Positions 27,956 through 40,485 of a stretch of DNA of 64,000 nt are shown in pieces. The position numbers and the translations under genes were made by a program. The stretch is from the NCBI RefSeq assembly GCF_006345805.1, contig NC_042997.1, positions 7,626,001 through 7,690,000 of the forward strand, in the 5' to 3' direction. Each line of letters opens with the position of its first letter. Position 1 is the first letter of the stretch. The stretch comes from Octopus sinensis. Lineage: Eukaryota. The notes under the pieces were generated by a model. That model made no database searches, was not told where the DNA came from, and saw nothing but the letters and a program-made list of their open reading frames with translations.

Positions 27956-29019
27956 ATAAGACATTGTGGATTATTTGTTGTTTGTCGAGCTTCTCCACTA
28001 GATTTACTTGTTGGCTCCATTCAAACATTATTCATGCATCGTACAAATAACATTTGTGTTGATGTTGTTTTTCTTCTCTGAGATATAGAAGATGATTCAT
28101 ATCCTAATTATACTTATTTATCAGCAGAATTATGTATTCAGAGCTATAAACTCCTGAAGTATAAAATATTACTTTATATCCGAGACAAAATTTAAAGAAA
28201 AATATAAATAAAGATAGCTGAAAGATGGAAGAGAAATACGAAGAAAAGGAGAGAAACATCAGATTGTGAAGCTCCTTGAACAAGCTGATTAAGAATAAAT
28301 CAGAACATAAAATAAGAAATAACAAAAAAATGTGAAGAATACCGAGAAATATTGAAGATTACGCTAAAGAAATAGTAAAGATGGAGACGATAAGTAAGTG
28401 AGTGAATGAAGAATACCAAAGAAAATGTAGTACGATACAGAACAAGCAATGCACAAAAAGAATATAAAACTATGCATACAATCATTTATACACAAAAATA
28501 TTCAACATACTCATCAAGCACAAGAAATGAACTATGATTCAACATTGGCAACAGAAACGTAAGAGATAAAAACTCAATAAAATTTAAGAAAAAAGATAGA
28601 ATGAATAAAACGGATGAATATAATGTGAAGAAAAGATGAAAAGGTAACAGGAGAAATTAGAAGAACAGAAAAGAGAAAAAATGAAAACGATAACGAGTAT
28701 AGAAACCTTGTTAAAGAAAAAATGTATGAAAATATGAAATATCAAGAAATAAGTACAGAAAATCATAAAATAAGATGTTCAGGAAAGAGGATTAAGCGGA
28801 ATAGAAAAGTGGGGGCGAACGAGTCATTACAATACAGGTATGAATTTAAATCGTTCTAAGACATATATATGTTCCACTGAACAAGGAATTTGTTTCATTG
28901 TGCAGAAGTGGTTCAACCGACAGAGTGGTAAATATGCTTATTGAAGTTACGCACCTACACACACGCACACACACATATATTACCTACTTGGGAGAAGATG
29001 CGTGGCGTTCAATCATATA

Positions 29020-29446
29020 AAATAAATAAATAATATATATAGGCATATATACATACGTATATGTACATATTTACATCTATACATAAATATATATATGCAT
29101 ATATATGTGTGTGTGTATATGCATATGTGGGTACAGGACGTCATGAATTGTGTAGAACAAAAATATACGAAGTACGGGTACATGGAGTATGAACTATTTT
29201 TCGAACAACGAAAAGCACAAATGGAAAACAAGACAAACAGCATAAAGAACGAAACTTCATCAGTTGTTGGCTGTTTTGCTTCTCTCGCAGTTCGAGCATT
29301 TGACAACAATATATGCTAACATATTCATATTGCATGTACTCGTACTTCGTATATTTTGTTTCATGACGTTCTGTGTCCACATATGCATATATTTATTTAT
29401 ACGTATATATGTAAGTATGTACGTATACGTATGTATAAATGCATAT

Positions 29447-29450
<4 letters not shown>
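29020..29450. repeat. Inverted repeat (core arms 29117-29195 and 29320-29390) around a ~120-bp spacer
   Basis: atatgcatatgtgggtacaggacgtcatgaa...aaatatacgaagtacgggtacatg has its reverse complement on the right. The flanking microsatellites also mirror each other. Confidence 0.8.
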
Positions 29451-29524
<74 letters not shown>

Positions 29525-29599
29525 TATATATATATATATATATACAGATAGATAGATATGTTATATGTTTCAATGCAACGCGCTGGTCATGCTGGAGCA

Positions 29600-30722
29600 T
29601 CGCCCGTGTAATCACCTTTCCTGTGACAATTCTTATGCAATTAGTTTTTGGTGAAAGGGGAAGTTCGACACAAGTACCCTCTTGCAGTTTGTGGATATAA
29701 CATGCCTTCATCTGCAATCTTGGAGAGCAGGGGATCAAGTTGTTTCTTGAAAACATCTACCCTACACCATGAAGATACTTAAGATATTTTGGCAAGGCAT
29801 TAAAAAGCTGTGGGCCCTTGGATCCCAGGCTAGTGAAGTACATAGTCCTTATTCTACACAAGAGTTCTGGGACCATTGGAACAGTGCAGTGACAGCCATT
29901 TCCGGGATAAGTATAGTTCTTGACGCCAAAGCTGCTTACCAACCCATCCAGGAACGTCCACCGTATTTTCATTGCCTATAGGTGTCAACATACTGAGGTT
30001 GTAGGCATTTAAAAATAGGGAACTTATATAAATAACAATAGGTCTCATTAGAGGGTATAAGGAACTTTAAAAATATCAATATTAATACATTAAACGTGAT
30101 ACACTTTCTATTTAATATATATAAAAAACAACAAAAAAAACAAATAGCCAGATACATAAACATATATACACACATATACATACATCAGCAAAGTGTATAC
30201 ACTATTTACATGCGTAAAATACATAAATAAATACTATTAATCAATACGTTCAAAATATAAAATATAAAAGTATAAAATATTACTGCATACTTCTCTCGTC
30301 TTCGAGCGGGAGAGTAGAGTTGTTTCTCTCAGTAGATCAGCTATTCAATTTCCGCTTCAAGTTCCGCTATGTATTTAAAACTGTGTGGTGACCACAGTTG
30401 CGAGCAATTATCCACAGGGCTAACTACTATTATCCTCAATAGTGCCTGCATTGGTTTGCTGGTCTCTTGTTCTCAAGGTTCTCAAAATTCATCCGGTCAT
30501 TCGCATGCAAACGGCCACCACTTTGGCGTCGTTGTTCATATCAATCCCTAGATCACTCACTCACCTGATATTTGATTGCTACTACGTTCAACCAAAAGAA
30601 TTGTTGTTGCTGTATATGAGCACTATCTACTTGGTAGCGGAGGCTTGGAATTTACTTTCATTAAATTGCATGTTGTTTTCTTCAACCCATTTACACATGG
30701 CATTTATGTCTGTCTGTAGAAT
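29600..30722 (-). mobile_element. Decayed CR1-group LINE (RT thumb to C-terminus), split by a ~310-bp insertion at 29968-30280
   Basis: 30280-30722 gives LQTDINAMCKWVEENNMQFNESKFQA, VSDLGIDM, DNCSQLWSPH and RRREKYAV. 29640-29967 gives WTFLDGLVSSFG...KGPQLFNALPKYL...VDVFKKQLD. Confidence 0.8.
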
Positions 30723-30848
30723 TAACCATTGAAAGGATGCTGAAAAAAGACACACTCATACATACGCACTCACACGTATGATAACCATATTCTAACTGCA
30801 TGTTATATGTTTATATGCATTTATATTTGTATACATTTATTATATGAA

Positions 30849-30886
<38 letters not shown>

Positions 30887-31069
30887 AAACTTTTATCGTA
30901 ATTTTCTGATATGTTAGAATCTAGTATAATATGTATGGTCTAGTGAAGCTTACTATAGATATATTTATTTTTATTATTGATAAACGCCGGTGCATCAGCA
31001 TGGCCGCAGCTCTGAGCTGAAACTAGAAATAAACAAAACAACATATTAATAACAATATTAATAATAATT

Positions 31070-31135
<66 letters not shown>

Positions 31136-31191
31136 TAATAATAATAATGATAATGATAATAATAATAATAATGATAATAATAATAACAATA

Positions 31192-31222
<31 letters not shown>

Positions 31223-31367
31223 TAATAATACTAATAATATGAATATGAATAATAATAACAGTATTTTTATTAATAATTGATTGTTATTTATCTGGTCATA
31301 CGCATAGACGTGTTATAATATTGCTATTATTGATAAACATAATAATAATAATAATAATAACAATAAA

Positions 31368-31440
<73 letters not shown>

Positions 31441-31818
31441 TTAATAATTAATTTTTATTTATCTGTCCATAAGCATAGACATGTTTAGATGTTACCCTGT
31501 ATTTACATATGTATATGACGTATAGTATATCAACATGAACGTATTTTTTAATTGTATTTATTTATGTATTTTACGCATATAAACAGTATATACACTTTGC
31601 TTATGTATGTATATGTGTGTATATATTTTTATGTATATGACTATATGGATATTTGTTTATTTTTTATAGATATTAAATAATATGTGTATCACGTTTAATG
31701 TATGAATATTGATATTTTTAAAGTTCCTTATAACCTATGACGAGGCCTATGTTTATTTATATAAGTACCCTATTTCTATATGCCTAAAACCGCAGTATGT
31801 TGACACATAGGCAATGAA
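29968..31818. repeat. Inverted pair of ~280-bp modules (29968-30250 and 31538-31818)
   Basis: The match is a collinear reverse complement (cattgcctat.ggtgtcaacatactg ... gcgtaaaatacataaataaatac). The spacer is 1.3 kb. Confidence 0.85.
31060..31445. repeat. (AAT)n microsatellite blocks
   Basis: Directly visible. Confidence 0.95.
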
Positions 31819-32246
31819 GATAAAATTATCTACTTTTAGCCATAGGCTGAAACAATTGTAAGAAGTGATTTTAATGATTTCATTAATTTATATTATGAAC
31901 TTATAATTTGTATTCTTATCTTATATCGTATATGTATGGAAATATAAGATATATATGTATCCTATTGATCTTCTCATTTTATTAAATGGATAAATAATCC
32001 AGCATTATAATATCCGAAAGTTGATGAACAAACTAAATTTGTTTCTCCATTTTCTTATTTATATTATAGATTTACGGTAAAAATATTTCTTTACCTTCAC
32101 CCGTTTAATACAATAAATGAGTTAATTGCATTGCAATTAAAAACATTTATGTATTAAGAATATGGGTACTGTACCAAGAGTATATTGGATAAATGCTATC
32201 CCATAGTGGGTTACACCCATAACCCCTATCTACTTGTACTATACAC

Positions 32247-32304
<58 letters not shown>

Positions 32305-33049
32305 GATATATATATATATATATATATATATACGCAATTCCACCGGTATTAAATATGACTGCCATCTATGTTTTCTACTTCACCTGCATACATCGTTGAA
32401 AGGCATGATTCTTGTATTTTTCAAGGAGTTAAAATCTCAATTATAAGTGCTACTAAAAGAATCCAATATACAGGGGAAGAAGACGAAAAATCCACGCGTA
32501 TGTACCTAACGATGACACCAAATCCATTTAGTCTTTTGGATCCTTGTGAATAATGTGAATTTCAAGTGACAATCTTAGAAGAAATTCTTTGCATGCGATA
32601 CAGGAAGGAATGTCTGGCAGATTCATTAATACTGCAAACAGCCGGAAAGAACACTACTACTACAATTTCGTACACAAAAGTTCTATGTAGTTGCCGTCGA
32701 CCATTTCTAATATAGTTCAAACAGGCAGCGGTAGTGTATATGTCAGTAAATATTTGCCAGTGTTTGTTAAAGAAAAAGAAGCTTAACAAGAAACATATAT
32801 ATGTATTTATGCGTGTTTGTGCGTGTGTCTTTATATGTATATATTTGTATTCATAGCACACACAGACGCGCATTCACACACATTTATGCACAAATCCATA
32901 CACATACACGCACAATTATGATTATGTACATATATGCATATGAAGAGGTTAAGAAACGGGAGATATGATATGTGGAGTAAGAGTGGGAGGATTTTAGAGA
33001 GGCAGTAATGAGATGTGCCACTGAGGTATGTGGTACACGAGTAGTTAGA

Positions 33050-33625
33050 ATGGATGTGAGAAAACGTAGTAAGTGATGGAATGAGCAGGTAAGGGATTCG
33101 ATGGCAAAGAAGGAAAGGAGCTTTGAAGAGTGGTTGCAGAAAGGAGATGGAGAAGCCTATGATTGCTACAGAGAAGTGAAGAAGAGAGTGATGAGGGTGG
33201 CAAATTGGGAGGCGATTGAAAGATTCGGAAAAACGTTGAGTGAAAATTTTGTAAGAAATCAACAGAGGTTTTGGAAACAGGTATAGAGGGTAAGAAAGAT
33301 GGTTGGAGTAAGGGAAGAAAAGGTGAAGGAGGCGAATGGAAATTTGGTTAAATTAAGTGGGAATGTACGAAGGAGATGGGCAGAGTATTTTATTGAGCTG
33401 TTAAAAGTGGAGGATGTTGGGGGAAAAGTATAGTGACTGTAGGAAGAGAGAGGGGAATACCTGTTGTTGGGAAATATAACTACCGTGAAATAGGAAGAGG
33501 GGAGGTGAGGGAATCCTTGCGGAAAATGGCAAATCGGAAGGCACCAGGTATAGATGATTGTACAGTAGAATGCTCAAAGAACGGAGGAGTGGCTGTGATT
33601 GAATGGTTAGTGGGGCTTATGAATG
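33050..33625 (+). mobile_element. Decayed RTE-type LINE, EN-RT linker and start of RT
   Basis: FGKTLSENFVRNQQRFWKQV, RRWAEYFIELL and EVRESLRKMANRKAPGIDDCTVECSKNGGVAVIEWLVGLMN (K.PG.D motif). Confidence 0.8.
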
Positions 33626-34077
33626 TATCCTGCATATTTATGTGGTTGCATGTCCGTGTTTGTGTATGCAGGATACATACATACAGATACACACACATAC
33701 ATATATACATATGCATATACACACATATATACATACATACACATGCAAACATACACACATACATACATACGTACATGCATGCATACATAGGAACACACAC
33801 ACACACACACACACACACTGACCCACACACATGAGCACAAAGGTAGTAGGTGTAAATAACGGACAGAGTCAAGACAATTGAAAAGGTTGCAAGACAACGA
33901 AAATTTTATGAAAATAAAAATAAGAAGTAAGTGGATATTTTACCGGTGAGTGAGTTACATTATAAGGCACAAAAAGAAAATTACTCTCCCCAGACACAAC
34001 AGAATATGCTTCAACACACGAACTCATATAAAGAATCATGCAAACCAAATCCCAAAACGATATATATATATATATAT

Positions 34078-34197
34078 ATTGGCCTGCTCGCTTAGCCGGC
34101 GGGGTGGCGTCATTTGAAGGCTAAAACAGTGCGAAGCGCATTGTAACCAGCGATGTGTAGCAACACCTGATAGCCTGGTCGGTCACGTGATCACGTG

Positions 34198-34198
<1 letters not shown>
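34078..34198 (+). mobile_element. Short GC-rich repeat fragment (probable SINE 3' end) inserted in (TA)n
   Basis: A 120-bp block ending cacgtgatcacgtg is bounded by (TA)n on both sides. Confidence 0.45.
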
Positions 34199-34231
<33 letters not shown>

Positions 34232-34364
34232 GATACTCTGGATCTTTAGTGAGACAGAATTTATGTATGGTTGTACCTTATGAGACCCAGCTTGCGGATG
34301 ACACCAGGTAGCTCAACAGTGCTCTACTCAACACTTCAACACACTAATCAATATATACTTATTA

Positions 34365-34810
34365 GAGTGGTTGTATGGTCAGTAGCTTGCTTATAAACAA
34401 CACGGTTCTGGGTTCAGTCCCATTGCGTGGCACCTCGGGCAAGTGTCTTTTGCTAAAGCCTCGGGCCGACCAAAGTCTTGGGAGTGGATTTGGTAGACGG
34501 AAACTGAAAGACGTCCGTCGTATACATATATATATATATATATATCTGTGTGTGTGGTGGTGTGTGTGGTGTGTGTGTGTGGTGTGTGTGCATGTTTGTG
34601 TGGCTCTGTTTGCCTGCCCACCATCTCTTGACAATCGAACCTGGTGTGTTTACGTCCTCTTAACTTAGCGGTTCGGGTAAAAATGACGATAGGATAAGTA
34701 CCAGGTTTACAAAGAATAATTCCGGTGGTCAATTTTTTTTTTTTTACTAAAAGCGGTACTCCAGCATGGCTGCATTCAAATGAGTGAAGCAAATAAAAAA
34801 ATAAAAGAAT
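34365..34810 (+). mobile_element. tRNA-derived SINE family B, near full-length, with internal TA/TG microsatellite
   Basis: A-box-like gtggttgtatggt, B-box-like gggttcagtccc, then ctcgggcaagtgtctt and an A-rich tail. There are three homologous copies in the window. Confidence 0.88.
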
Positions 34811-35016
34811 ATGTTACACACACAGAAACACACATGTATTCGTTTGTGTGCGAGTGTATGTGTACGCATTGGGTTTGTTCATAATGTGACCGATAAATAA
34901 AAAAGATTAGGAAGCAAAAAAATGAAACACGTCATTGCTTCCAAGTCATCCATATACAGTATCATTACTGCAGTGCATACGTTAATGCGTTTCCTAGAAA
35001 TGGCTAATATCATCAT

Positions 35017-35017
35017 A

Positions 35018-35057
<40 letters not shown>

Positions 35058-35091
35058 TACTACTACTACTACTCTACTACTACTACTACTA

Positions 35092-35137
<46 letters not shown>

Positions 35138-35300
35138 CCTATACTACTACTACTACTACTACTACTACTATACTACTACTACTACTGCTGCTGCTACTGC
35201 AACTATCACCACCACTACACCTGTCATCGCCACCACCGCTACATCTGTCACCACCACTACCATCACCACAACCGACATCATCATTATCATCACCATCGTT
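35017..35300. repeat. (TAC)n/(CAC/CAT)n microsatellite
   Basis: Directly visible. Confidence 0.9.
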
Positions 35301-36001
35301 GTTATTATGAAGCTTATTTTTGTTTTTGTATTGATTAGATCATACATTATTAACAATGTTTGTTGTGTTTAATTGAATGTGCTTAGTCAGTCAACAAATT
35401 TTAGGAAAAGAAGTTTTTTTAATATTTCAGGTGAACAGAAAATAGTTTTTCATTCATAGTATATCTGTTTACTTCAAACCAAGCAAACATCTATACTATT
35501 CATATCCTCAAAGGGACATCTGCTTTATACCCTATATATTTTTCATATCAAATTATTTTTACATATATACCATTGGTTAACGTGTAATACATTTGCACCA
35601 AGCGTATTCGCAGGAGATAAAATGTTACATTCGGAACTATCTTCAAAACGAATATGAGATGTTTCTGCGAACTTCATCATTTTATTTTAAACATGGCAGG
35701 TTTTATAAAAGCTTGTTTTACAAGTGTATACACAGCAAAGGTAAATATAGGTTTACAATTTGTGGGGATATGAGTATGAAGTGACATATGTACATTTTCA
35801 TTAATTTAGTTATTAAATAATAATTACCGGAAGAGATAATGATGTTGAAATGGAATAATTACTTTCGTTTATGGAATCACTTTCATGGTTGGGTGGAAGT
35901 ATAAAACAGTGCAACACTAACAAATACGTACACATATACTTATGTGCGCACACGCACACACACAAGAATATGTACACATACACACACATATACATACATA
36001 C

Positions 36002-36082
<81 letters not shown>

Positions 36083-36098
36083 ATATAATATATATATA

Positions 36099-36131
<33 letters not shown>

Positions 36132-36276
36132 AGTATTCATGATGAGGCGGCAAATACATTAAAAAATAATCCATTAATTGAATTTAAGGAACAAACTATC
36201 AACTTCACATATTTCGTTATGGCTTAAATTGTTTTGTCTTTCAAAAACCTGTATCCATGTATATATATATATAAGT

Positions 36277-36327
<51 letters not shown>

Positions 36328-36335
36328 TATATATA

Positions 36336-36542
36336 GGAGCACAACGTCGGTTACGACAGCGTGGGGCCCAGCTGATACGATCAACGGAACAGCTTGCTCG
36401 TGAAATTTACGTGTAAGTAGCTGAGCACTCCACGGACAAGCGTACACTTAACGTAGTTCTCGGAGAGATTCGGCGTGAAACAGTGTTGCAAGGCTGAGCC
36501 TTTGAAGTACAAGCAATACTCATTTTTGCCAGCTGAGTGGAC
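36336..36542 (-). mobile_element. tRNA-derived SINE family C, 3' part
   Basis: Reverse complement of 54795-54994. Confidence 0.85.
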
Positions 36543-36799
36543 AGGGTACACTCAGTTGGTTAGCTGATAGAAAGAGATACAAAATGAGCAGTTGGCTGTA
36601 GCAGCAGTTATAAAAGTAGTACTACGACGTATATCACCACATATGTTATGCTTACTTTGTACACCACAGTAACCGCATCTATACCTTCTGAAACAAAAAG
36701 TATTTTGTTTAAGGAGAATACTGATAATTTAAATCGGTGTTTAACAACGGTCATGAAAGTCACAAGAAATTACTGATAATCCAGTGAGTTCGATTAAAA

Positions 36800-37842
36800 T
36801 GGAAAACTTCGTGGCAAGCTGATTAGGGAGTGTACGAGAGTGTTAAAATAGCCGAGTTTGTACAGAAAATGGCAAATTGAACAACCACAAAGGTAAGACG
36901 CAAGTAAAATGCGTTTACAGGAGAATGATTAAAGATGTCGTAAGCACTTACTAACTGTCTGTGGAAAATGTGAAAGAATCGCCTCTTGTAATAGAAGCTG
37001 AAAGTACAAGTCGTGTTGCCAGAAATATTAAGTTGTCTCGAAATGACTGGCCTGTCGTATACCCGATCAGAAAGTGTCGTAATATGCCAAAATACGTACG
37101 AGCGTTTGAACCAAGTAGTCAATTTTGTGAAAGAATATGTATGCGTGTGTACGTGAGAATGCTTTATGTTATAGAGATCAGTGTAACAGTTGTGAAGGAA
37201 ATCTTTCGTCAAATGTATAAATTCACAAATGTAATAAATAACAAATAATAATTCGATGAGCATTAATTTAATAAGAGAAATTTAAGCATTTTAGCAGTGA
37301 TACATAATGTTTGGCGCACAGTGTGTTTGTATGCAAACCTATAAGACAATCAGAAAAGGGAATTGGCGCTAAATCATTATCGAATCTTTCGATGTGCTAC
37401 GCCTCACAAATGAAGCACCCTAAAAGTATGCAATATTTTACAAACTGTAGGTTAGCTTCTAATGTACATTGGACGCAAAGTTGAACGCAATCGGATAAAA
37501 GCTTCAGACGCTATGTCGAAAAGAGCATTTTATAGACGGTTCTTGTCATCCTGTGCTCAAACGAAACGGAATTCAAAAAAACTAATGACGCTATGAAGCT
37601 CCTTAGGTAAAACTGCAAAAGTATGTTTATTTTGATCAAAATCGAGCAACATTTGAAAAAATGTTTATTTATCGATGTTTATTTATTGATTTTTCAGGGA
37701 GATTCGATATCAATAGCGTCACGACCCGTCTTGCTCAATAATGCATCGATATGTAAAGTTTCAAAAAAAAAATCGTCGGCTAGTTTCGGAGAAGAATCCG
37801 GACACACAGACACACAGTCAACCTGTATTTTATAGATATAGA
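36800..37842 (-). mobile_element. Probable Helitron relic; 5' TC terminus at 37842, left boundary uncertain
   Basis: The minus strand begins a|TCTATATCTATAAAA...gtgtgtctgtgtgtcc...ctccgaaactagccgacgatt, typical of invertebrate Helitron 5' ends. Internal TKLTTWFK weakly resembles RepHel T.LTAWF. No 3' CTAG or hairpin was found. Confidence 0.45.
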
Positions 37843-39093
37843 TTTAACTCTAAGAATATAATACAACAAAAAATTAGGTGTGGACGGTTCTAATATAGCT
37901 AGAGGCGTTGTCCTTATACTGATTAAATACGAAAACCTTTCTCCATTCTAATAAATTTATATTTTTCACAGTATTTAGTTGTTATATTCATAAAGACAGG
38001 TCTACACAACAGGACCGCGTGCGCACACACATAAGCCACCACCACCCCCGCACACATATTAACACATGCACACAAGTGAAAAAAAAGGAACATATGGATG
38101 TACGTGTGTTCTTTCTATGTATGCTATAAATCTGTGCTCTCTGTCTGTGTGTTCAGTGTGTGTGCTGCATGTATATACATATAAAATTGTGTATGATGAA
38201 GTCTAATGAAACTTGCTTGTGATAAATGATATCGTGGAAATATCGAAGGAGAATTAAAATGTTAATCCTAAGCATTTGCTAGAAAAATATACCATAATCA
38301 ATTTCTATTTTGCTGAATAGTCTACTTTATATAAAAGTGTAGCACAATTGGAGTTAATGAGTGATAAAAAGCTTCCGAGTAAAACGATTCATTTTCAGTA
38401 ACATTCTAAATGCTTCCGAACTGACAATTAAAAAAATATGAAATGATGTTACTGGCTTTCATGAAAAAAAAAGAGAAATTTAATGTCAAAAATTAGCTAT
38501 CGTTGCTAGCAGTTTAGTACGGAGAAAAATATGAATAAATTAGTGAACAATTCATGGAATCTTGAGCATTGAAATGTATTAAGTTTATGCACTCCTGGAA
38601 ACATGCCATCAAACTTTTAGTCACTGAAATATTCAAGCAAATTTTTTTCATGTAGCTAAATGTGTCAACGCATATGAGGGTGCGTATTTGTTTAAATATA
38701 TAGATGAGCAATTACATGCAAATCTACGCATACTCATACATTTATATCAATATATCGACTTGCCTATATATACATCTGTTTACCTCTCCCTCTCTCCACA
38801 CACGAACACACACACACACACCACACACATATATATATATCTCAAATTATAAGACGAAGACAGGTGTAGGACAAACGAGCATGTGTATCAGTTTAAAACT
38901 CGGGTCAAATGTAAAGTCTTTTACGTTTCGAGCCCAAACTCTTCCATATAAAAGATACCTGGAGAGGGAATGGAAAAAATGCGGTGAGAGAATAAAACAG
39001 TGTAGAGTTTACCGGTCAAACATGGCGTATGCATGCATATATATATATATACACACACCACACACTATATGTATGTATATATATGTATGTACG

Positions 39094-39134
<41 letters not shown>

Positions 39135-39227
39135 AATATATATATATATATGTGTGTGTGTATATATGCATGTACGTATATATATATATATATATGTAGT
39201 ATATATGTATTGTATATATATATTATA

Positions 39228-39293
<66 letters not shown>

Positions 39294-39320
39294 TTTATTT
39301 TAAGCAGCAGAAAATTCAAC

Positions 39321-39367
39321 AAAATCTGTTACTCTGAGTTTCTCGTTGCCGTTCATCAGACAGTTTT
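39321..39367 (-). ncRNA. Candidate minimal type I hammerhead ribozyme in the PLE 3' pLTR
   Basis: Minus strand reads aaaactgt-CTGATGA-aCG-gcaa-CGa-GAAA-CTCaGAG-TA-acagatttt. Stem I is ctgt/acag plus aaaa/tttt, stem II has a GNRA loop, and the triplet is GUA. Confidence 0.75.
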
Positions 39368-40485
39368 GGCTAGAATGGAACTGATATATCAATTCAATCT
39401 ATACTCTTACAAACGCTACACCTTTAAAAAGAAATGGACTTGTTTGATTGGCCCTTTAGAAAAAACGGTCAATCTTCGAGCGATAAACAAAAAGGTCAAA
39501 GATATATGTATATATATATAAAAACTTATAAAAATTATATATAAAAAACTTATAAAAATTATAAAATCCGAGGAAAACCATTGACGTTAATGAAAACAGT
39601 GCAAATTAATGCATAGAAATTAAACCTGTTATAATACTGCAATACATATTTATATTAAAATCTACATATATATATCAACATACACAAAAGGATGCGCGTA
39701 AACGCCATACATACATATACAGACGTATGAATATAAATTTAAATATACACATAAAAGCATGTGTACATATATTCACGCAAACCGTCTCGCACGCAAGCTA
39801 AAATTCATCTATGTAGCAATTCTCATATACTGGGCAAGGAGGGGGAACGAAAGAAAGGGAGAGAGAGAAAAAGGAACGAAGGAGGGGTGGGGAAAAACAC
39901 GAAATAATAAAAAATAAAAAATAAAAATAAGAAAAAAATTTATGTATACAGGCAGTGTAACGCTGTTATTGGCATCTATAGATACCAGTATACATACACA
40001 AGTTTGAATGGATACATATACATACCGTCGTGTATATGTGTGCTTAAGCACAAACATACTTTCACTTACACATACACAGATAGGCATGCTTACAAATACA
40101 TATGCTTTGCTATACACATACTTATATAAACATTATAATTTTGACAACATTGCTTTTTTTAAAAAACATTGCTTTTAAAAAATGGGTGCATTAATAAAAA
40201 TATATACGAAAGACATATAAAATAAAATATAACATCCTATTTTGGGTCATTTATAAATAATCAAGGTAATATAAATAATCAAGGTAATCCTATGCAATAC
40301 AATAACATGAAAACAAGTTTGTAGGTTTTTCCTAATATATATGTAGAAACATAAGACTTTACTATAACGGATTAAGATCCATAGTTTGGAAACAAAACAA
40401 AAACAAAAACAAAATCAAAATCAAATCCATCTTAGCGCTCAAGAGTCAAAATCAAAATCAAAATCAAAAATACAAAATATATACT

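Noticed and set aside
28100-28800. Purine-rich coiled-coil-like coding relic
   Set aside because: It has many stops, low complexity and no diagnostic motif.
34922-35338. Thr/His/Tyr-rich ORF resembling a metal-binding protein
   Set aside because: It comes from trinucleotide microsatellites and has no other coding signal.
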